A stretch of 58,930 nucleotides of DNA from a virus. Its lineage: Duplodnaviria; Caudoviricetes. Under the pieces are notes generated by a model, which saw only the letters and a list, made by a program, of their open reading frames with translations, had not been told where the DNA came from and made no database searches. Positions 1-9,131 of the stretch are shown in pieces (the stretch's first letter is position 1; each line of letters starts with the position of its first letter). A program made the translations under genes and the position numbers. The stretch spans positions 1-58,930 of IMG/VR virus record IMGVR_UViG_3300025801_000025. The stretch is one strand, 5' to 3'.

Positions 1-39
1 CAGCCACTCAGGGCAGTTCGGAAGGTCTTTTATTTTCAT
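1..39 (-). CDS. 5' end (partial) of W-x-x-G-x repeat protein, probably copy E
   Basis: ATG at 39-37 preceded by GAGGAAA; reads MKIKDLPNCPEWL, identical to the leader of 54938..55753; runs off the window start. Confidence 0.85.
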   Translation of the reverse strand, partial: MKIKDLPNCPEWL

Positions 40-121
40 GGGGGGTTTCCTCGTTGGTTTGTGGGAAGCATGTCCCGAACAAAGCACTGTGAATCAATGC
101 TCTGTTGGAGGATGCTATCTT

Positions 122-679
122 CTACCTGTTGTGCCAGATACCTTTATGCCAGACTCCCTCATGCCATGTACCATCTCGCCAAATTCCCCTATGCCAGGTT
201 CCTCCATACCATGTACCATTTTGCCAAACTCCTCCATTCCAAACGCCTTCGTGCCATGTGCCGGAGTTCCATGTGCCGTAGTTCCAAAGGCCTTCGTGCC
301 ATGTGCCAGAGTTCCATGTGCCGTAGTTCCAGACTCCGTAGTGCCAGATGCCGTAGTGCCAGATGCCGTAGTTCCAGACGCCTCCCTGCCATGTGCCGGA
401 GATCCATGTGCCGTTGTTCCAGACGCCTCCTTGCCATGTGCCGGAGATCCATGTGCCGGAGTTCCAAACTCCTCCTTGCCATGTGCCGTTGTGCCACGTT
501 CCGTTTTCCCAGACTCCTCCTTGCCATGTGCCATTTTCCCAAACTCCTCCTTGCCATGTGCCATCTTTCCAAGTTCCGGAGTTCCAGACAACGGTGTTGT
601 TTATCATTTCTACATCTTCGTTGATTGTGTCGGCATCGGACAGCCACTCAGGGCAGTTCGGAAGGTCTTTTATTCTCAT
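122..679 (-). CDS. W-x-x-G-x pentapeptide repeat protein, copy A (185 aa, 30 repeats)
   Basis: Start moved to ATG 679 (AGAGG RBS; leader matches paralogs); the track's TTG 757 is the -35 box of a promoter. Confidence 0.85.
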   Translation of the reverse strand: MRIKDLPNCPEWLSDADTINEDVEMINNTVVWNSGTWKDGTWQGGVWENGTWQGGVWENGTWHNGTWQGGVWNSGTWISGTWQGGVWNNGTWISGTWQGGVWNYGIWHYGIWHYGVWNYGTWNSGTWHEGLWNYGTWNSGTWHEGVWNGGVWQNGTWYGGTWHRGIWRDGTWHEGVWHKGIWHNR

Positions 680-729
680 TGGGATTTCCTCTAGTGCTCT
701 GTTGCGCTTGGTTGTTGGGGGAGACTCAT

Positions 730-757
730 ATCCTACGCTCTTTTTTTTCCGTGTCAA
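730..757 (-). promoter_or_regulatory. Leftward sigma70-like promoter
   Basis: TTGACA-16 bp-TAGGAT upstream of copy A; spacer contains an A8 run. Confidence 0.55.
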
Positions 758-990
758 CTATATTTTTTGATACCTCTTAAAAAATCCTATGGGTACTCCT
801 CCTCGCGCCTATCTAAGGATCGCGCGCGAATAGCACTTCTCATGCCAACCACCAGAAGGGGGGGGGGGTCAGAAAATTCCTACATTTGGCCCTGGGCTAG
901 TTTCGCTTTTGGGTACGCTGTTATACTATTCGTCCGACCCCGCCAACCAAAAACCAAAATCCAAAAACACGCCAACCCTACATAGGTACA

Positions 991-1019
991 TTGACTCTAT
1001 CCCACTATTACCCTATAAT
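991..1019 (+). promoter_or_regulatory. Rightward sigma70 promoter
   Basis: TTGACT-17 bp-TATAAT at the head of the + arm. Confidence 0.8.
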
Positions 1020-1133
1020 AGAACTAACAACACACCACTCCCATACTCCTCATGACCCTTAACCACCTCAAACACCTATGGGCCGCCGCTGGGCACGGTC
1101 ACTCCCTACGCGGATCGCCGGTATACAAACTTC

Positions 1134-1526
1134 ATGGTACATACTCCGACCCGGATACAAACAATACCGCCTCCAACATTCGCCCCGACGCTCCTAACAC
1201 CGGCACAAAAGAAAGGACTTCAATACCAAACACGAGTGGGCAAGTGGCTACAAAAAGAGGCTGATTCCATTGGTTGGACTTTGCACTCTTCTCCATGGCT
1301 TCTTGGACCATGCCAACCTGATTTCATACTTGAATCCCCTTCCTTATGCCTGTTATTAATAGAAGTAAAGCTAACGCAAACGGATTGCGGCCTACAGTTC
1401 GCAAAGTACCGAGAGGTACTAGGCCCGATTCCGTGCGTCCAAATAACCCGCCGATTAAAGTCGGTCCCGACGATGCGGAGCCTGCTCGACTTCCACCATG
1501 GCGGTCTAATGGGTTTGTACTTATAA
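1134..1526 (+). CDS. Small PD-(D/E)XK endonuclease
   Basis: QPDFIL...LLIEVK motif. Confidence 0.65.
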   Translation: MVHTPTRIQTIPPPTFAPTLLTPAQKKGLQYQTRVGKWLQKEADSIGWTLHSSPWLLGPCQPDFILESPSLCLLLIEVKLTQTDCGLQFAKYREVLGPIPCVQITRRLKSVPTMRSLLDFHHGGLMGLYL

Positions 1527-2116
1527 AGGATGGAAATTGGGATAGGCCGAAACCTATATGGCGCCGCCGCCCATTGGATTATACACCTGCCGCGGCAATT
1601 GAAGACGAGGAGCTCTTTGAGCGGTTTAATGGGTATTTTGAAGATTGCTTTGATAATGACCATGCGCCCACTCTTTCGGATATGACTGCTCACGCAGGAT
1701 ACGAGTCAGTTGTCCAAATGGTCAATGATGCTCGCCGCCACGGTCCTGTTCGGATGCGTGGTATGTCTCGTGCAATCCTTGCAATTCAAGCTCACTATGA
1801 AGAGTTAGCTCAACTAGGACATAGACATGCTCTTGCTATCTTAGAGCGTATTCCACAATTCGACTCACGAGAAGCGCCCGAGCAAATTGCTACTCGTGCA
1901 TTCGAACCGCGTCCAGAGCAACACGTAGTTCAAGTAACAGGACTACAACGTGCCGAAGATCAGGGTCGGGAACTATCTCCTATCGACGCCTACAACCAAA
2001 TAATCCAAAAACCATCTTTTCAAGAAATTGCTAACGCAATAGACGTTAGTGCTGGGGAAGATGGAGTTTTTTCACTACCTGACCTTGAAGTCAGTGACGA
2101 TAACAACAGCATCTAA
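1346..2116 (+). CDS. terS: Probable terminase small subunit (start uncertain, possibly ~1523)
   Basis: YFEDC...PTLSDMTAHAG resembles P22 gp3-type TerS; upstream of terL. Confidence 0.55.
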   Translation: MPVINRSKANANGLRPTVRKVPRGTRPDSVRPNNPPIKVGPDDAEPARLPPWRSNGFVLIKDGNWDRPKPIWRRRPLDYTPAAAIEDEELFERFNGYFEDCFDNDHAPTLSDMTAHAGYESVVQMVNDARRHGPVRMRGMSRAILAIQAHYEELAQLGHRHALAILERIPQFDSREAPEQIATRAFEPRPEQHVVQVTGLQRAEDQGRELSPIDAYNQIIQKPSFQEIANAIDVSAGEDGVFSLPDLEVSDDNNSI

Positions 2117-2165
2117 CGCGAGGACTCTAAAGGAATAATATAATGCAATAACATACTATACGGAC

Positions 2166-2215
2166 ATAGTTAAGCCCCTCAACTATACATGGACATAGTT
2201 GAGTTTCTTAACTAT
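2166..2215. repeat. Nested inverted repeat (two 21-bp quasi-palindromes in inverted orientation)
   Basis: ATAGTTAAGcccCTCAACTAT-8 bp-ATAGTTGAGtttCTTAACTAT. Confidence 0.85.
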
Positions 2216-2275
2216 ACGCAGGTAAAAGATATGAGTAGAAATACATAGTTATACTGGCTTGGTTGGCGGAATAAT

Positions 2276-2647
2276 ATGCCCATAAAATATCTTGAGGATG
2301 ATTATATGCCTGAAGGAGTGGAACAAACTCGGCACTACAGGGACGTTTCGGATATGTTAGTCCGAGTATACGACTTGGATAAACGAGTTGCGGTGCTAGA
2401 GAATACGGCCCGTGCTCAAGACGTTCGGTTAAACGTTATCTCGAAGACCGTCGAGTTGATAAGGGAAGAGCAAAAAGAGTTAGGAACTAAGTTATCAGTA
2501 GAGCTAGCTAAGCTCTTTAAAACACTCTTTGAAACACTGAATGAGCACGTAGTAGATGACCAGCGCCGCCAACTTAACATCGCTGGTGTTACAATACTAA
2601 CCCTAATAGGTGTGATGACGACCCTAATAGAATTATTTTTTAGATGA
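2276..2647 (+). CDS. Coiled-coil protein with C-terminal TM helix (holin/antiholin-like)
   Basis: Heptad helix, hydrophobic C-terminus, directly upstream of endolysin. Confidence 0.5.
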   Translation: MPIKYLEDDYMPEGVEQTRHYRDVSDMLVRVYDLDKRVAVLENTARAQDVRLNVISKTVELIREEQKELGTKLSVELAKLFKTLFETLNEHVVDDQRRQLNIAGVTILTLIGVMTTLIELFFR

Positions 2648-3276
2648 CGTCCATGAATAACTTAGAAGTATTTATCAATGGTATACGGTATGTTCCCGCC
2701 CAGGATACTACTCCAAGGGTTGACTATGCCTTTTTCTTTAACTCTATTCGAGCATCCTTATTCAAGGGGTCCTTGAATCAAGCCCAAGTTGAAGGATGTG
2801 AACTGTTAATTGAAACATGCACTCGGTTTGGTCTGTCTCCCCTTATCGAACAAACCGCCTACGTTCTTGCCACCGCCTACCATGAAACTGCTTTTACTAT
2901 GAAGCCTATTGAAGAGTATGGAGGTAAAAATAAACCCTATGCTCCGTGGTATGGTCGTGGATTTGTTCAGCTTACATGGGAAAGCAACTACCAAAAGATG
3001 CAGAATCTTCTTGAGAACCTCCCTTATGTTAAGGAGAATAACATCCCATACGAAATCCATGCCGACCCTAAACTAGCTCTTCAACCGAAAACAAGTACAC
3101 TAATTTGTGTACTAGGTATGAAAGATGGAGTATTTACTGGAAAGAAACTCACAGACTACATCAACTCATCGGTAATAGACTACTTTGATGCTCGGAGAAT
3201 TGTGAACGGTACCGACAAAGCAGGCACTATTGCTAAATATGCTACCCTATTTACGAATGCTCTAAAAAGCAGCTAG
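2644..3276 (+). CDS. GH19 (chitinase-like) endolysin
   Basis: AYVLATAYHET, YGRGFVQLTWESNY, ARRIVNG motifs. Confidence 0.9.
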   Translation: MTSMNNLEVFINGIRYVPAQDTTPRVDYAFFFNSIRASLFKGSLNQAQVEGCELLIETCTRFGLSPLIEQTAYVLATAYHETAFTMKPIEEYGGKNKPYAPWYGRGFVQLTWESNYQKMQNLLENLPYVKENNIPYEIHADPKLALQPKTSTLICVLGMKDGVFTGKKLTDYINSSVIDYFDARRIVNGTDKAGTIAKYATLFTNALKSS

Positions 3277-3285
3277 GAATTTACT

Positions 3286-3609
3286 ATGAATAAGATCCTG
3301 TTAGGCTTAACTATACTTCCTGTAACGGCCTTGGCCGCAACTGTTGATCTTCGGTGGGATCCTGTTGAGCAGGCTGAAAGCTATCAATTGGAGATGGCTA
3401 GAGCTGAATGCACACTAACGCCCTGGGAGGCGGCTGGAAACACTACGGATACAACTTATACTATCTCTGATGTCCCACAAGATTCCCTTTTACTCTTCCG
3501 AGTAGGCTCTGTCAAAGGAGAGCTAAAAGGTATCCGCACATGGTCAGGGGCTTGGTATGATTATCGGTTATTACCGCTAGATACTCCTTCCGGGGCAGGA
3601 ATAGAATAA
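3286..3609 (+). CDS. Secreted fibronectin type III-like protein
   Basis: Signal peptide ending ALA; VDLRWDPV..AESYQL..TTYTI..FRV pattern. Confidence 0.6.
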   Translation: MNKILLGLTILPVTALAATVDLRWDPVEQAESYQLEMARAECTLTPWEAAGNTTDTTYTISDVPQDSLLLFRVGSVKGELKGIRTWSGAWYDYRLLPLDTPSGAGIE

Positions 3610-3613
3610 CCCT

Positions 3614-3850
3614 ATGAATCGTGAAAACGTACTGCTCTTTGTAGCATTTGGCTTAATCTTAGGAATCGTAGCCCTTCTGATATTAGTCCCAACTACTCCG
3701 AAGGAGGTTCAAGGATTTGTCATTAGCCTCGGTGGTATGTTTGCACGTAGCATCAGCACCGCATTCGACTTCGAATTCGGGTCGTCTAAAGGAAGTCGAC
3801 AAAAAGATACATACCTTTCTGAACGTCGTTCGCAAGACACAGCTCCCTGA
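3614..3850 (+). CDS. Holin-like membrane protein
   Basis: Two hydrophobic helices and FEFGSSKGS tail typical of phage holins. Confidence 0.65.
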   Translation: MNRENVLLFVAFGLILGIVALLILVPTTPKEVQGFVISLGGMFARSISTAFDFEFGSSKGSRQKDTYLSERRSQDTAP

Positions 3851-3852
3851 CC

Positions 3853-5496
3853 ATGTCCTCCCGCGCTATTAAGTTCTCCGAAACAATAGACTGGAAGAAT
3901 CCTCTCCCAGCCTACGAGCGTATTATTGAAGCTCGAAAGGAGAACTTAAAGCGCCTTGCTCTTCAACCAGGTTCATTAGAACCCCTCCTACAATACTACC
4001 TAAACGGCCACTGGGCTGAGTTTATATGTGATTGGGGGGTAACATATGATCCTCGTGAGGAAGATATCCGACTCCAGTACCGACCATTTATATTAACCTC
4101 TCGCCAGATAGAGTATGTTGATTGGTTATATGACCATTATAAACATCGCTCACATGGTTTATGTAGAAAGCACCGCGACGCAGGTATGTCGTGGATTCAC
4201 GCCGCGGTCGGCACTCTTCTCTGGCTAGCTCGCCGAAATACAGTAGTAATATATGGTTCTCAAACTGAGGATAAAGTCGATAAAGGGCCTGGAGATCCAG
4301 ATACTCTCTTCTGGAAGATTCGTACATTCATAAAAAATCTTCCTCTTCCATTCCAACCGGCAGACTGGGTTAAGCAATCCAAGCACATGCTAGTAGTAAA
4401 TCCAGTCAACGGGTCTGTATTAAAGGGAGGTGTAGGAGACAATATTGGCCGCGGCGGGCGATCTACTCTTGCCCTTCCGGATGAGTTTGCGGAAGTCCAA
4501 CACCCACAACTAGTAGAATCCTCCCTAATTGCTAACTCTGATTGCATTATCTATGGTAGCACTATCCCTACTGAAGGGTGGAAGGCATCTCATTTTTACC
4601 GCCTTGAGAATCAATTTCCTGAAGAGGACGTATTTGTTTTCGAGTGGTGGCAAGATCCACGCAAACGTCAATCTCCTGATTTACCTGCCGAGAAAGAGCA
4701 TTGGTATGTAAAAACGAAGCAAAAGACTTCCGACGAAGTATTCAAGACTCAGTATCTAATGGTAGATAACACCGCGTCGGCAGTTCAGTTTATCGGTGAG
4801 GATTTGATATTGGCGGCATTTGATAGGAATTCTTTAGATATTCAAATTCCTTCTGATCGTCCGTGGTGTATAGGGGTCGATGCGGCTGGTATGGGAAATG
4901 ATAAGATAAAGATCTGGCGCCGCCGTGGTCGTTTAAACTTATCAGCACTAACTTTTGATTCTATGGACGGCCTACAATTAGCAGCAGTTATACAGGATGT
5001 TGCTAGAGGATTACTAAAAACTGGACCAATAAACCTCGTCTCTATCGAACGAGACGGTCCAGGGGCATCATGTGCTGACCAACTAAAATATACATGGTTA
5101 GCTCCAGTACTACAAGCAATTCATACTGGAGCACGCTTAGGAAACGGATTTGAATATAACCTACGAGCATATCTTCATAAGCAAGCCAAGGATTATTTAG
5201 AAGAAGAAGACCCATACATCCCATACTCAAAAACATTCCTAACCCAGGCTACCGCTATTCACTACGCCTACAAGACTGGGCTTTTACTAATTGAGTCCAA
5301 AGAAGAGTATCGGTCACGATTTGCAATGGGCAGGTCCAAAGCAGAAAAGCTTGCCTCTCGCAGTCCTGATGAGTGGGACTCATTTATGCTTACTTTTATG
5401 CTTCCTACTGGCAAATTGGTTAAATTTCCAGGAGCACTTACCTCTTCTATGTCTAGGGACTCTTGGCAACCAATTGACAAAGTTATGGGGTATTAG
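3853..5496 (+). CDS. terL: Terminase large subunit
   Basis: KHRDAGMSW Walker A variant, LPDEFAE Walker B, GVDAAGMGND and SPDEWDS nuclease motifs. Confidence 0.92.
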   Translation: MSSRAIKFSETIDWKNPLPAYERIIEARKENLKRLALQPGSLEPLLQYYLNGHWAEFICDWGVTYDPREEDIRLQYRPFILTSRQIEYVDWLYDHYKHRSHGLCRKHRDAGMSWIHAAVGTLLWLARRNTVVIYGSQTEDKVDKGPGDPDTLFWKIRTFIKNLPLPFQPADWVKQSKHMLVVNPVNGSVLKGGVGDNIGRGGRSTLALPDEFAEVQHPQLVESSLIANSDCIIYGSTIPTEGWKASHFYRLENQFPEEDVFVFEWWQDPRKRQSPDLPAEKEHWYVKTKQKTSDEVFKTQYLMVDNTASAVQFIGEDLILAAFDRNSLDIQIPSDRPWCIGVDAAGMGNDKIKIWRRRGRLNLSALTFDSMDGLQLAAVIQDVARGLLKTGPINLVSIERDGPGASCADQLKYTWLAPVLQAIHTGARLGNGFEYNLRAYLHKQAKDYLEEEDPYIPYSKTFLTQATAIHYAYKTGLLLIESKEEYRSRFAMGRSKAEKLASRSPDEWDSFMLTFMLPTGKLVKFPGALTSSMSRDSWQPIDKVMGY

Positions 5497-5596
5497 CTAT
5501 ATGGGTACTCGTTTCTTATTGACACTATTAATAGTATCTGGTATTCTAGTAGTAGTATCTAAATCCACTTTTACCCATTATCCACTGGAGTTTAGC

Positions 5597-5791
5597 ATGC
5601 CAAGTTTATGGGATGTATTAACTAAGAGTAGAGAAGAGCGTATGCAAGAGCGTATGGCACAGCCTCAACAACCGGCAAAGCAAATGCCTAAGCAAATGCC
5701 TAAGGTTGCATCTCCTACCGCTCCGCCGGTATCAATGGGCAATACGCTTGATGCTATTAAGCGTAGAAACAAGATGCTAAAAGACATCTAA
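5597..5791 (+). CDS. Small hypothetical protein
   Basis: GGAG RBS plus ATG 5597; stop overlaps the portal start. Confidence 0.55.
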   Translation: MPSLWDVLTKSREERMQERMAQPQQPAKQMPKQMPKVASPTAPPVSMGNTLDAIKRRNKMLKDI

Positions 5792-7947
5792 TGTTTGCTC
5801 TCTCTGATGATCAGCTTATTTCTCTCTCCACTACTTTGGTAAAAGAGAGAGATAAGGCCATTACGGCCCGCCGAAAGAGTGGGATAGAAGAGGTATGGGA
5901 AACGGCAAGAGAACAATATCAGGGAATCGATGAGGTTAATAGAAAGGGGTCGGAGTGGACTAAGGGGCGTACCTTAGATGGCCCTATTAGTACAACTATG
6001 GGCAAAACAGGGCATGAAACTCGCAGTACGGTCTTCGTAAACATTACTCGCCCATACACTAACGCTGGAACTAGCAGGGTATCTGATATCCTTCTTCCTA
6101 CTGGCAACAAACGGAATTGGGATCTCAAACCGACTCCAGTTAGTGATACTGCTATTATTACTAGGGAACTGGAGCGGTATCCAGATCTTATTGATGTGAT
6201 GCCTGCTAGACTTCGACTTAAGGTCACTCAGCCTGATGAAGTTAGGATTGCTGCTATTGAAGTAGCCAAGTCTCTTATTGATGATTGGCTTGTTGAATCC
6301 AATTGGTACAGTGAGACTCGAAATCAAATTCTGGAGGCCGGAAAGGTAGGCACTGGCGTAATCAAGGGACCATTCTCCAAGAGAAAGAAACTTACTCCTG
6401 ATGTCCAAGAATTCATAACCGCTATCCCGTTCGCTTTTGAAGACCCTCTAGAGGGGGCGGTGGTTCAAAAAGAGATTGAGAATAAGCTTCTATATCAACC
6501 AGCAATAGAATGTATTCCGGTAGAGAACTGCTATCCAGACATGCCTGGGTGTGGTACGAATATCCAGAATGGCCGCTTCTTTTGGGAGGAGGATCCATAT
6601 ACTACTAAGTCAGCTCTTGAGGAGTTGATGGAGGACCCTGATTATATCCAGTCTCAAATCCAGCTCTGTCTAGATGAGAAGCCAAAGACGCCTAGCGTAA
6701 TAAAAGGTGGGGAAGACCAAAAGTCATATACTATATGGCGGCGCACTGGAGTCTTTGATTTTAGCAAGATGGTTGAGGAAGAAGGATATTTTTGTACCCC
6801 GGTCCTATTTGAACTAATCAACGATCGGGTAGTTCGAATAAGTCCAATGCCATTGGATGCTACTCATTTTCCATACCGCGTTCTCGTGTGGGAACCGAGA
6901 TTTGATTCGTGGGTTGGCATTGGTATTCCAGAACAAATTGAAACTCCCCAGCGAGGACTTAATACAGCAATTCGGGCCTGTAATGATAACATGGGATGGA
7001 GTGTAGGCTTCCAACTTCTAATCAAAGAGGGGTTAATTGAGCCTTTTGAAGGAGAAGGGTGGAATCCCCATGCTTATAAGCGGTGGCGAGTTTTAAATGA
7101 CTCTTTAAATTCCCTAACCGGCCAACAGTATGATCCAAAGCAGGCTATGGGAACTTTAGAATTCCCCAACTACTTAGATAAGATTCTTCCATTGACTGAC
7201 TTATGGCTTCGTATGGCTGAATTGACTACTGGTTTACCTCTTCTTCTCCAAGGCCAGCCTAGTAGTGACAGCGTTGGTGTGACTCAAGCACTTCTAAATA
7301 ATTCTATTACGAATCTTCGAATGTTTGTAAAGCAGTGGGATGATAATGTTTGTGCTCCGATCATACAGGATTTTTATGAGTGGGTTCAAAAATATGGTCC
7401 TGAAAACGCTAAATCAGATGCTACTGCTGAAGCCCTAGGATCTGCTGCGTTAATCACTAGGGACCTTCAACAACAATCTCTAATCCAGGTATTAGACCGT
7501 ACTGTCCAACCCATTTATGGAAAGAGTCCTAAAAAAGCAATGGATATGTTTTTGTCTGGCCTCCAATTTGATCCTAAGCAATTGGATCTTGATGACGAGG
7601 AGCGTCAGCAATTAGAGGCAGCGCAATCAGCTCCAGACGCAAAGGTCCAAGTTGAACAGCTTCGAAGCGAGACTGACCGATTAGTGGCACAAATGAAGGA
7701 TGCTACTGATCGTATGAAGATTGCATTGGACGCACAGCTTCGGGGGCAAAGTATCGAACAAGCTGCTGATGCAATAACAACTCAAGCTGCCGGAAATATT
7801 GCTCTTGAGGCAGTAAAGCAGGACAAAAAGAAGGAAGATGAGCAGGACAGGCAGGACAGGCAGGACAGGCAGGACAGGCAGCCTATGGAATCATCGGGTG
7901 AGCCTAGCTTAGAAGATTCTCTTAATATCCTAGGACTCAACCAGTGA
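5791..7947 (+). CDS. Portal protein
   Basis: 718 aa after terL; GTGVIKGP, WGxGIPE-like and GLP...QG motifs; Q-rich tail with QDR x4. Confidence 0.88.
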   Translation: MFALSDDQLISLSTTLVKERDKAITARRKSGIEEVWETAREQYQGIDEVNRKGSEWTKGRTLDGPISTTMGKTGHETRSTVFVNITRPYTNAGTSRVSDILLPTGNKRNWDLKPTPVSDTAIITRELERYPDLIDVMPARLRLKVTQPDEVRIAAIEVAKSLIDDWLVESNWYSETRNQILEAGKVGTGVIKGPFSKRKKLTPDVQEFITAIPFAFEDPLEGAVVQKEIENKLLYQPAIECIPVENCYPDMPGCGTNIQNGRFFWEEDPYTTKSALEELMEDPDYIQSQIQLCLDEKPKTPSVIKGGEDQKSYTIWRRTGVFDFSKMVEEEGYFCTPVLFELINDRVVRISPMPLDATHFPYRVLVWEPRFDSWVGIGIPEQIETPQRGLNTAIRACNDNMGWSVGFQLLIKEGLIEPFEGEGWNPHAYKRWRVLNDSLNSLTGQQYDPKQAMGTLEFPNYLDKILPLTDLWLRMAELTTGLPLLLQGQPSSDSVGVTQALLNNSITNLRMFVKQWDDNVCAPIIQDFYEWVQKYGPENAKSDATAEALGSAALITRDLQQQSLIQVLDRTVQPIYGKSPKKAMDMFLSGLQFDPKQLDLDDEERQQLEAAQSAPDAKVQVEQLRSETDRLVAQMKDATDRMKIALDAQLRGQSIEQAADAITTQAAGNIALEAVKQDKKKEDEQDRQDRQDRQDRQPMESSGEPSLEDSLNILGLNQ

Positions 7948-8165
7948 CTAATCTTCAGCGCCCCTATGAAAATCTTCCAATCGAATTAGTAGTTGGCAGA
8001 AAAAGGGTAGATATGGAAGGCTTTTTAGACAGTCTAGAATCAAAGAAAGCTCTCCTCCTTGAAGAGTGTGCTACTCCCCTTCTAGACCCTGATATAACCA
8101 ATACCCTTCGTGGCCAAATAAAAGAACTACGAGAACTAATCCGCTCACTTTCAAAGCATAGGTAA
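7944..8165 (+). CDS. Small head-associated hypothetical protein
   Basis: TxxLRGQIKELR motif common between portal and scaffold. Confidence 0.6.
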   Translation: MTNLQRPYENLPIELVVGRKRVDMEGFLDSLESKKALLLEECATPLLDPDITNTLRGQIKELRELIRSLSKHR

Positions 8166-8168
8166 AAC

Positions 8169-9041
8169 ATGTTTAAGTTAACACATCGATTGATGGATGA
8201 AGAACCAATGGATGGGGAAGGCTCGCTGGATGGGGAAGGCTCGCTGGAAGGTGAAGACTCTTTTGGAGATGAGCCTCTTGATCCTGAATATTTTGTAGGT
8301 GATTTCACGGCAGAAGATACCGCCAACCAGTTAGGATATGTGCGTGAGCTGCCGAATGTCCTACGGGGATTTGAATCCCGTATTGGAGAACTTATTAATC
8401 CAATCATGGATCGCATGAGCGGAATACAAGAGCGGCTTGGGAGCCAACCTGTATTTGAACCTAAACTAGATAAGGTTGTAGATGCACTGCGAACAGGGTT
8501 AAAGGATTATGATAATGGGGAGTTGGGAGATCGTCTAATTAACTCTTTAGTGCCGGCTTTATCTGAGGCTCTAAAGGAATCAATGGCGGTCACTCCTCTA
8601 GGGCCGGAAGCTCTTCAACCCCACATCAATCCTATGTTGGAAAGTTATAACCAACAAATGATGCAATCAGTAGTTCCAGCGCTAATCGATTCCCTACCAT
8701 TTGATGCGGAAGCGATTGTAAGCCGGGATGCTAATGGTAATGTGACTGAACCAAAGACAGAACTACAAAAAGACTTCTTCAGATGGTGGGAACAAGCGGA
8801 TGCTCCTACTCGTCGTGCTCTAGAGAATTTAGACGTTAATTATGCTAGAGCACTACAACGGTTTAGCAAATGGAGAGCTGACCAAATGAAAGGAAGGAAA
8901 CAAGCAGCGGGCGCTACAGCCAGTCGCTTATCAGGAGGTAGACAAACTCCTAGTGTTGGACGCTCCAACTCTTCACCAACCCGTCTTAAAACAGAAGAAG
9001 ACGGTTGGAATTGGTATCAAGCTCAAAAGGCAAAAGGTTGA
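8169..9041 (+). CDS. Capsid scaffolding protein (putative)
   Basis: Acidic N-terminus, helical, directly before the capsid gene. Confidence 0.65.
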   Translation: MFKLTHRLMDEEPMDGEGSLDGEGSLEGEDSFGDEPLDPEYFVGDFTAEDTANQLGYVRELPNVLRGFESRIGELINPIMDRMSGIQERLGSQPVFEPKLDKVVDALRTGLKDYDNGELGDRLINSLVPALSEALKESMAVTPLGPEALQPHINPMLESYNQQMMQSVVPALIDSLPFDAEAIVSRDANGNVTEPKTELQKDFFRWWEQADAPTRRALENLDVNYARALQRFSKWRADQMKGRKQAAGATASRLSGGRQTPSVGRSNSSPTRLKTEEDGWNWYQAQKAKG

Positions 9042-9121
9042 GGCAAAAGGTTGAGGCAAAAGGTTGAGGCAAAAGGTTGAGGCAAAAGGTTGAGGCAAAA
9101 GGTTGAGGCAAAAGGTTGAGG
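9028..9121 (+). repeat. 13-bp tandem repeat x7 (AGGCAAAAGGTTG)
   Basis: Seven perfect copies spanning the scaffold stop and the capsid RBS. Confidence 0.95.
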
Positions 9122-9131
9122 TATTCAAATA

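Noticed and set aside
38-770. Many long overlapping ORFs on both strands over the W-repeat genes (also at 41951-42810 and 55228-55940)
   Set aside because: Shadow frames of a stop-poor 15-bp repeat; only the W-x-x-G-x frame has the conserved leader and RBS.
7842-7881. 9-bp repeat in the portal gene and 18-bp repeat in the scaffold gene (8211-8246)
   Set aside because: Ordinary in-frame slippage in disordered termini.
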